A stretch of DNA of 64,000 nt from Candidatus Gygaella obscura (lineage in GTDB: Bacteria > Omnitrophota > Gorgyraeia > Gygaellales > Gygaellaceae), in assembly GCA_030765485.1 (NCBI GenBank), contig JAVCCR010000017.1, positions 10,298-74,297 of the forward strand, given 5' to 3'. The notes under the pieces are model-generated. The model saw only the letters and a program-made list of their open reading frames with translations, had not been told where the DNA came from and ran no database searches. Position 1 is the stretch's first letter; every line of letters begins with the position of its first letter. The translations under genes and the position numbers were made by a program. Of this stretch, positions 57,402 through 64,000 are shown in pieces.

Positions 57402-58919
57402 TCAATTATTTTTTATGAATATATTATCCATAACCAACAAACCAACAATAAGAACCAATACGCCAAAAACAAGTAAATTAGGCATAACGCTTTTATTAAC
57501 AACTACTTGAGACTTAGCTTCTGGATTATTATATATATAAACAAGCTCTGTTTCTGCAATCTTTTCTAAGCTATATTTTTTTATAACTTTCTTCAATTCT
57601 TGCGGAAAGCCTGCTTCAAGCTCTTTAAGCCATATAATCAGCTTAGCGTGTTTAATCTGGTCAAAATCCTTTAACGGCCTTACCTCCTGAAGCATTCCAG
57701 AAGAAGTTGCGCGCTCTGAGAACGTCGAAAACAAACCCGCGATGTAACTAAAATTTGAATATATGATATCAGAATCGTCAGAATTTTCTTTTACAATCTC
57801 TATAATCGGATCAATAAATTTAGCGCTGTAAATCGGCCTTGCATTATGCTGAACAGAGCTTTTAATCTCAGGCAGCATACTGACAAATAATGAATTTATC
57901 CCCTTAAAAGAAACACTATCCTTACGCACGTTAACTCCCGGAAGAACAAAATAAAATAAACTAAAAATTATCAAGACAATCCAGCCTCTTTCTTTTAAAA
58001 GTCTAAAACATTTATCCAAACCAAAAGCAGCGATTAAAACAATTGCTATCAGGCCCTGACCAGACAAAAACCTCTGAGGATAAATAAACGTTAAAGGTAT
58101 AAAACCCAAAAGAACTGCCAAGTAGATTTTATTATACTGTTTAATCCTAGACATATAAACGATATAGCCGAAAACTGCAAACAGATAAACGAGAATATTA
58201 AACTCCAGATAATGCATTGCCTTCACATTAACAAAATGGAAATAATTTCTATTGATAACTTGATGAATTATAAACGGCAGATATCCAATAATGCAAAAAA
58301 CAGCTGATTTTATTCCAAAACGAAACCTTTTATCCAGCAGGCTAAAACAAATAACCGTAAAAACTATAAGCCAACCTGATATAGCATGGCTATACAAAGA
58401 AAGCAGTAAAAATAAAAACGTACTCAAAAACCTTTTCTTATGCATAAAAAATAATGCCCAAATACCAAAACATAAACCAAGCGAAAAAGCCAAAACATTA
58501 CATGTCTCAAGATAAAAATAATAACTAGAGGAAAGCATCAAAAGAACAAAAAACGCTATTCTTTTGGTTAATATTTTTCGCACAAAATACCAAACAGAAA
58601 ACAGCAATATCGGATAGATAAAAGCACTGAAAAAACGCGCAATAAAAAGCTTTGAAAAACCAAGCTTATAAAAAATAAGCATAAGAAAATGTAATAACGG
58701 CGGGTAAACATGGGCTCTGCCCACAGGGGCAAACTCCCAAAACGCATGAGTAACATAACCTCCAGCTTTGGAAAAGCCTAACATAACATTTAAATGATAA
58801 TATATATCAATAAACATCGGGAATATCGGCCAACGGATGAGCTGAAACACTAAAGCCCAAATGATAATCAATGAAGCATACAAATCCCAGGATTGACTGT
58901 CTTCTTTAATTTTTCGCAT
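57402..58919 (-). CDS. Large polytopic membrane protein of unknown function (possible GT-C-like or polymerase-like)
   Basis: 505 aa. About 10 N-terminal TM helices rich in aromatic residues, a ~150-aa soluble domain, and a C-terminal TM (LLVFGVLVLIVGLLV). Confidence 0.45.
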   Translation of the reverse strand: MRKIKEDSQSWDLYASLIIIWALVFQLIRWPIFPMFIDIYYHLNVMLGFSKAGGYVTHAFWEFAPVGRAHVYPPLLHFLMLIFYKLGFSKLFIARFFSAFIYPILLFSVWYFVRKILTKRIAFFVLLMLSSSYYFYLETCNVLAFSLGLCFGIWALFFMHKKRFLSTFLFLLLSLYSHAISGWLIVFTVICFSLLDKRFRFGIKSAVFCIIGYLPFIIHQVINRNYFHFVNVKAMHYLEFNILVYLFAVFGYIVYMSRIKQYNKIYLAVLLGFIPLTFIYPQRFLSGQGLIAIVLIAAFGLDKCFRLLKERGWIVLIIFSLFYFVLPGVNVRKDSVSFKGINSLFVSMLPEIKSSVQHNARPIYSAKFIDPIIEIVKENSDDSDIIYSNFSYIAGLFSTFSERATSSGMLQEVRPLKDFDQIKHAKLIIWLKELEAGFPQELKKVIKKYSLEKIAETELVYIYNNPEAKSQVVVNKSVMPNLLVFGVLVLIVGLLVMDNIFIKNN

Positions 58920-59670
58920 AATTTACCTTATAAAGCATTAAACCTTTTGCAGGTGCGGTTGGACCGGCTAGATTTCGATTTTTTTTCCTTAATAACATCT
59001 TAACAATACCTTTTTCAAAACGTCCTCTTCCTGCCTCAATTAACGTGCCTACAATGTTACGCACCATATTATAAACGAATCCGTCGGCAATTACATCAAC
59101 AATAATAAAATCCTTATTCTTTTTTACTGTAATTTTTTTTATCGTACGCGTTGCATCCTTTTTTACCTTATCACTCGCCTGAAAACAACTGAAATCATGC
59201 CTACCGTGTAAGTCTTTTGCTTCCTTTTTCATTATTGAAACATCTAAGCAATAAGGATAAAAATAAACATAATTTCTCAAAAAAGGTTCGCAGTAGCTTT
59301 TATTTAATATCCTGTAACGGTAATGCTTATCGACACAATCAAACCTTGCATGGAAATCAACCTTAGCTAAACTAGCGCTTTTAACAACAATATCAGAAGG
59401 CAAAAGCCCATTTAAGGCATTTTTTAATTTTCTCAAGCTGATTTTATTCTTTGTCTTAAAATTAGCTGCCTGGGCGTTTGCATGTACACCGGAATCGGTC
59501 CTTCCGGAAGCAATTAAAGTTACTTTATGCTGCAAAAGCTTAAACAAAACTACTTCAATAGCATTTTGAATTGTTTTTATTTTAAATGAGGATTTTTTAT
59601 TACTAGGCTGGCTCTGCCATCCGGCATAATTAGTACCGTCGTAAGCAATGATCAGCTTGATATTACGCAT
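58906..59670 (-). CDS. truA: tRNA pseudouridine(38-40) synthase
   Basis: 254 aa. IAYDGTNYAGWQSQ and the catalytic Asp region (GRTDSGVHA). Confidence 0.9.
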   Translation of the reverse strand: MRNIKLIIAYDGTNYAGWQSQPSNKKSSFKIKTIQNAIEVVLFKLLQHKVTLIASGRTDSGVHANAQAANFKTKNKISLRKLKNALNGLLPSDIVVKSASLAKVDFHARFDCVDKHYRYRILNKSYCEPFLRNYVYFYPYCLDVSIMKKEAKDLHGRHDFSCFQASDKVKKDATRTIKKITVKKNKDFIIVDVIADGFVYNMVRNIVGTLIEAGRGRFEKGIVKMLLRKKNRNLAGPTAPAKGLMLYKVNYAKN

Positions 59671-60638
59671 TCGGCTATCTGAATTGCATTGGTTGCCGCA
59701 CCCTTACGCAAATTATCAGCAACAACCCAAAGCCAAAGACCGTTTTCTACAAACGGGTCTTTTCTGATACGACCGACAAACACATCGTCTTTACCTTGAC
59801 AATCAACAGGAACAGGAAAATCCCTTTCTGCCATATTGATAAAACTAATACCTTTACTGTTAGACAGTATATTTTTAACTTCTTCACAGGATATATTTTT
59901 CTTGGTTTCAATGTAAACTGCCTCGCTATGACCGATTATTACAGGCACCCTTACACAGGTTGCAGAAATCAAGATACTATCATCATGAAGTATCTTTTGG
60001 GTCTCTTTTACCATCTTCCACTCTTCAGAGGTATATCCTGCATCAGCGAACCCACCGATTACAGGAATGACATTTCTGGCTATATTGGATACAAATACTT
60101 TTTCTTTTAACTCTTCATTTTTTAATTCACTCTCAAGTTGTCTGACCCCGCCTCTGCCAGCACCGGAGACAGCCTGATAGCTACTGACTACAATTCTTTT
60201 TATGCCTGCTGCTTTATATATAGGAGCTAAAGCAACAACCATCTGTATGGTTGAGCAATTTGGATTTGAGATTATCCCTTTATGATTCTTAACGTCTTCT
60301 GGATTAACTTCTGGAATAACCAAAGGTACATCGGGTTTCATTCTAAAATCAGCACCATTATCAATTACAACCGCACCTTCTGCTACTGCATTGGGAGCAA
60401 AGGTCACTGCAGCCCCCTTTTCGCCTTCGGTACCGGCAAAAAGAGCAATATTGATACCTTTGAAAGAATCCTTGGAAATTGACTCTACCTGATAACTCTT
60501 TTCATCAACTTTGATCTCACGAGCACTTCTTGCTAAAACACGTAAACTCTCCATAGGAAACTTACGTTCATCTAGAACACGAAGCATCTCCTCACCAACT
60601 GCACCAACACCCACTACGGCAACGTTTATTTTACTCAT
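59652..60638 (-). CDS. asd: Aspartate-semialdehyde dehydrogenase
   Basis: 328 aa. VAVVGVGAVGEEM N-terminus and the catalytic Cys region (SNPNCSTI). Confidence 0.9.
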   Translation of the reverse strand: MSKINVAVVGVGAVGEEMLRVLDERKFPMESLRVLARSAREIKVDEKSYQVESISKDSFKGINIALFAGTEGEKGAAVTFAPNAVAEGAVVIDNGADFRMKPDVPLVIPEVNPEDVKNHKGIISNPNCSTIQMVVALAPIYKAAGIKRIVVSSYQAVSGAGRGGVRQLESELKNEELKEKVFVSNIARNVIPVIGGFADAGYTSEEWKMVKETQKILHDDSILISATCVRVPVIIGHSEAVYIETKKNISCEEVKNILSNSKGISFINMAERDFPVPVDCQGKDDVFVGRIRKDPFVENGLWLWVVADNLRKGAATNAIQIAECVISS

Positions 60639-61684
60639 AAGTTCCTCGCTACCAAATCTCCTACCTCTTTAGTAGAATAACCCATTTTACCAGCACCTAA
60701 AGTCTTTAAATTCTCCTTCACTACTTTTATCACTGCATTTTCTACTGAACTAGCTGCTTCTTTTTCACCAAGCTGTTCCAACATCATCGCCATCGCGCAA
60801 ATTGCAGCCAAAGGATTTATCACATTTTTACCAGTGTATTTGGGAGCGCTTCCTCCAATAGGTTCAAACATAGAAACCCCTTTTGGGTTAATATTACCAC
60901 CAGCGGCAATTCCCATACCGCCTTGAATCATCGCGCCTAAATCAGTAATAATATCCCCGAACATATTATCAGTTACAATTACATCAAACCACTCCGGATT
61001 CTTAACAAACCACATAGTGGTAGCATCAACATGCGCATATTCTGTTTTTATATCCGGATATTGTTGTGCAACTTCATTAAAAGTCCTCTCCCATAAATCC
61101 CAGGCATATGTTAAAACATTGGTCTTACCGCAAAGAATAAGAGTTTTTCTTTTATTTCTTGCGCGGCAGTAATCAAATGCATAACGAATACAGCGCTCAA
61201 CACCCTTTCGCGTATTATAAGAAACCTGTAGAGCCACTTCATCTTTAGTACCTTTATCTTTAAATTCACCCATGCTTTTATAAAGCCCTTCGGAATTTTC
61301 TCTTACAACCACAAAATCAACATCCTTAGTAGTCTTGTCCTTTATCGGACAAAACCTCTGATCATAAAGTTTCACTGGACGCAAATTTATATACTGATCC
61401 AATGAAAACCTTAATTTTAATAAAATACCGGTCTCGAGTATCCCAGGCTTTACATCAGGATGTCCGATTGCACCTAGATAAATCGCTGAGAATTGCTTTA
61501 GCTGTTCGATATCTGCATCTTCCAAGGTCTTTTGCGTCTTTAAAAACCTTTCTCCGCCAAAATCAAATGTCTTGGTTTCAAACTGAAAGTTAAATTTCTC
61601 GCTTGCTGTTTTTAATACCTTTAGACCTTCAGCCACTACTTCAGGGCCTGTACCGTCACCAGGAATAACTGCTATCTTATACAT
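60635..61684 (-). CDS. leuB: 3-isopropylmalate dehydrogenase (isocitrate/isopropylmalate DH family)
   Basis: 349 aa. [14 protein letters not shown]-terminus and [12 protein letters not shown] motif. Adjacent to leuD/leuC. Confidence 0.75.
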   Translation of the reverse strand: MYKIAVIPGDGTGPEVVAEGLKVLKTASEKFNFQFETKTFDFGGERFLKTQKTLEDADIEQLKQFSAIYLGAIGHPDVKPGILETGILLKLRFSLDQYINLRPVKLYDQRFCPIKDKTTKDVDFVVVRENSEGLYKSMGEFKDKGTKDEVALQVSYNTRKGVERCIRYAFDYCRARNKRKTLILCGKTNVLTYAWDLWERTFNEVAQQYPDIKTEYAHVDATTMWFVKNPEWFDVIVTDNMFGDIITDLGAMIQGGMGIAAGGNINPKGVSMFEPIGGSAPKYTGKNVINPLAAICAMAMMLEQLGEKEAASSVENAVIKVVKENLKTLGAGKMGYSTKEVGDLVARNL

Positions 61685-61685
61685 T

Positions 61686-62183
61686 TTACGCCTTTCTTAA
61701 AATTGCCTTCTTGATCCAATTCATCAAACCGCCTTTATCAATAATCGCCTGCATAAACTTTGGAAATTTTTGAGAACAATAAATCTTCTTAGTTGTTAAA
61801 TTCCTTATTTGCCCCTTTAATAAATCAATCTCTAATATGTCTTTTTCTTTTAACTCATTCGCCTGAACTAATTCTAATATAGGAAGACCGATATTGATAG
61901 AATTACGATAAAATATCCTGGCAAAACTCTTAGCAATCACACACGATACCCCTGAACCTTTAATCGCAATCGGAGCATGCTCACGAGATGAACCGCAGCC
62001 GAAATTCTTACCGGCAACAATAATATCACCAATGTTCATATTCTTAACAAAATCCTTATCAGTATCTTCCATACAATGTCTACCCAGCTCAACAGCATCA
62101 ATAGTATTTAAATAACGCGCCGGGATTATCTCATCCGTATTAATATTATTGCCGAATTTATGCACTTTTCCCTTAAGAACCAT
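61686..62183 (-). CDS. leuD: 3-isopropylmalate dehydratase small subunit (archaeal/type-2 short form)
   Basis: 165 aa aconitase swivel domain ([15 protein letters not shown]-like N-terminus; [10 protein letters not shown]). Confidence 0.8.
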   Translation of the reverse strand: MVLKGKVHKFGNNINTDEIIPARYLNTIDAVELGRHCMEDTDKDFVKNMNIGDIIVAGKNFGCGSSREHAPIAIKGSGVSCVIAKSFARIFYRNSINIGLPILELVQANELKEKDILEIDLLKGQIRNLTTKKIYCSQKFPKFMQAIIDKGGLMNWIKKAILRKA

Positions 62184-62186
62184 AAT

Positions 62187-63536
62187 CTAAATAACCTCCT
62201 CAGGATGCGCGATTGTTCCCTTCACACTGGAAGCTGCAGCAACTGCCGGATTGGACAAATAAACCTCACTTTTAGGATGACCCATTCTTCCTACAAAATT
62301 CCTGTTTGTAGTAGCGATTGCGCGTTCGCCTTCTGCTAAAATTCCCAGATGGCCGCCTAGACAAGGACCACAACTGGGTGTAGTAACAACAGCGCCGCTT
62401 TTTACAAAAATCTCTATCAGGCCTTCTTTTATCGCTTCTAGATATACCTTCTGCGTTGCCGGAAGAACAATAAGGCGAACGTCTTTATGTTTCATCTTTC
62501 CTTTTAAAACCTTAGCTGCCAACCTTAAATCGCTAATACGTCCATTAGTACAAGAACCAATAACAACCTGATCTATTTTTACTCCTTTAAATTTACTCAC
62601 CGGCCCTGCATTACTAGGTAAATGCGGAGCTGAAACCTGAGGTTCTATTTTATTAACATCGTATTTTTTTACCTTTACATAGATTGCATCTTTATCACTT
62701 TTTAAAGCTTGCCAGGAATCCATTTGTTTTTTAGTAAACTTTTTTCCAGTGGTTTTTTCTACATAATCAAAAGTTATTTTATCAGGTGCAATAATACCAG
62801 ACTTACCTCCTGCTTCAATTGCCATATTGCACATTGTAAGCCTTGCATCCATATCTAAATCTTCAATTACGTTTCCTGAAAATTCCATTGCTTTATATAA
62901 AGCTCCATCAACCCCGATATCACCAATGGTATAAAGAATTAAATCCTTACCCGATACCCATTTGTTTAGTTTTCCTTGGTAAATAAATTTTATCGATTCA
63001 GGAACCCTTAACCAGACCTTACCTGTAATCCAACTAGCTGCTAAATCAGTTGAACCAACACCTGTTGAAAAAGCTCCTATTGCCCCATAGGTACAGGTAT
63101 GTGAATCTGCTCCGATTGCCAGAAGACCCGGTCGAATAAGCCCTTTTTCCGGCAAAAGTGCATGCTCAACACCCATACAGCCAAGCTCAAAATAATTATC
63201 TATTTTAAATCTACGGGCAAAATCCTTCAAACTTCTTGCCTGATTGGCACTTTTTAAATCCTTAGCCGGAACAAAATGATCAGGCACTAATACAATTTTT
63301 TTCTTATCGAATACTTTCTTTAACTTCAGCTTATTAAACTGCTGGATTGCTAAAGGAGCGGTTATGTCATTGCCTAAACTCAAATCAACATCTGCCCAGA
63401 TAAATTCACCCGGCTTGATTGACTTATCAGCGCTATGAGAAAGTATAATTTTTTCAGTTATTGTGTAACCCATCTTAATATAGTTTAAATTATCCCTGGA
63501 ATTTCTTAATAACCAAACTGGCGTTATGTCCGCCAA
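62187..63536 (-). CDS. leuC: 3-isopropylmalate dehydratase large subunit (type 2). Probable true start at the ATG at 63473.
   Basis: Aconitase-family catalytic domain with Cys ligand motifs (GSCTNGR; CGPCLG). The N-terminal 21 aa of the track ORF overlap the upstream fabF end. [10 protein letters not shown] matches typical LeuC starts. Confidence 0.8.
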   Translation of the reverse strand: MADITPVWLLRNSRDNLNYIKMGYTITEKIILSHSADKSIKPGEFIWADVDLSLGNDITAPLAIQQFNKLKLKKVFDKKKIVLVPDHFVPAKDLKSANQARSLKDFARRFKIDNYFELGCMGVEHALLPEKGLIRPGLLAIGADSHTCTYGAIGAFSTGVGSTDLAASWITGKVWLRVPESIKFIYQGKLNKWVSGKDLILYTIGDIGVDGALYKAMEFSGNVIEDLDMDARLTMCNMAIEAGGKSGIIAPDKITFDYVEKTTGKKFTKKQMDSWQALKSDKDAIYVKVKKYDVNKIEPQVSAPHLPSNAGPVSKFKGVKIDQVVIGSCTNGRISDLRLAAKVLKGKMKHKDVRLIVLPATQKVYLEAIKEGLIEIFVKSGAVVTTPSCGPCLGGHLGILAEGERAIATTNRNFVGRMGHPKSEVYLSNPAVAAASSVKGTIAHPEEVI

Positions 63537-64000
63537 AACCTAAAGAATTCGACAAGACAGCGTCAAGATTGGCTGCTCTTGCTTTATTGGGAACATAATC
63601 AAGATCACACAGGGGATCAGGAAATTCATAATTGATTGTAGGAGGGATAATACTGTTAGTAATCGCCAGGCAACATGCAATAAATTCAACCGCACCTGCG
63701 GCTCCCAAGAGATGGCCAGTCATGGATTTAATTGAACTTACGGCAAGCTTTTTAGCATACTCATTAAAAACTTTTTTTATCGCAAGAGTCTCAATCTTAT
63801 CATTTAATAAAGTCGATGTGCCATGGGCATTAACGTAGGGGATATCTTCTGGTTTTAAGCCTGCATCTTTAATTGCTGCGGCCATTGACCTGGCTGCACC
63901 GTCACCTTCCGGATCTGGAGCTGTCGAATGATACGCATCTGAACTCATACCAAAACCTGATGCCTCAGCGTAAATCTTTGCACCACGTCTTTTAGCATGC
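63490..64000 (-). CDS. fabF: Beta-ketoacyl-ACP synthase II, C-terminal part (gene continues beyond the window end)
   Basis: The C-terminal 150 aa include the active-site His motifs ([11 protein letters not shown]; [12 protein letters not shown]) and the [10 protein letters not shown] tail. The frame stays open to 64000. Confidence 0.85.
   Translation of the reverse strand, partial: HAKRRGAKIYAEASGFGMSSDAYHSTAPDPEGDGAARSMAAAIKDAGLKPEDIPYVNAHGTSTLLNDKIETLAIKKVFNEYAKKLAVSSIKSMTGHLLGAAGAVEFIACCLAITNSIIPPTINYEFPDPLCDLDYVPNKARAANLDAVLSNSLGFGGHNASLVIKKFQG

Noticed and set aside
58568-58756. 62-aa minus-strand ORF
   Set aside because: It is an alternative frame wholly inside the 505-aa membrane-protein gene.
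63474-63536. N-terminal 21 codons of the leuC ORF overlapping fabF
   Set aside because: [10 protein letters not shown] matches typical LeuC N-termini. The upstream extension is probably not translated.

Overview
AT-rich bacterial chromosomal segment (GC judged by eye, not computed). It is extremely gene-dense, and all ~70 supported genes lie on the minus strand. All + strand ORFs in the track look like antisense artefacts.

Contents by coordinate:
- Partial yebC, a type-A RNase P RNA, rnhA, a COG1579 zinc-ribbon gene, tRNA-Val/tRNA-Met, and an SDR oxidoreductase.
- rpoD, dnaG, a Nif3-family gene, cvpA, mtaB and rsmE.
- A variant AmmeMemoRadiSam operon: CcdA-like membrane protein, fused Memo-AMMECR1 protein, radical SAM enzyme.
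- tRNA-Ala.
- An 11-gene type IVa-pilus-like cluster: five prepilins, pilC, pilB, secretin, PilP-like, PilO-like, fused PilM/N.
- Two small HTH proteins around a PilX-like gene, then ExbD/ExbB plus an 810-aa TPR protein, then uvrA.
- A ~10 kb surface-glycan cluster: radical SAM/SPASM, flippase-like, pyruvyl transferase, methyltransferase-like, epimerase, GT4, GT9, ArnT-like GT-C, GT2.
- A small tandem-repeat basic protein, aspartate dehydrogenase, panC, folK and an atypical REC-GGDEF protein.
- A contiguous amino-acid biosynthesis block: dapL-dapB-dapA-dapF-lysA, an orphan secreted protein, argHGFDBJC.
- rpsI-rplM with a clear intrinsic terminator, a large polytopic membrane protein, truA, asd, leuBDC and a partial fabF.

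The most unusual items are (1) the AmmeMemoRadiSam operon, with hydrophobic N-terminal leaders on both the fused Memo-AMMECR1 protein and the radical SAM enzyme, a possible thiol-disulfide membrane partner, and an unusual 35-aa Cys-containing leader on the radical SAM enzyme; (2) an 81-aa internally duplicated basic protein with a near-perfect Shine-Dalgarno; and (3) a REC-GGDEF protein with Glu at the phospho-acceptor position, a GPDEF A-site and an intact RxxD I-site. No CRISPR array, integrase or transposase was seen.

CDS coordinates include the stop codon, as in the ORF track.
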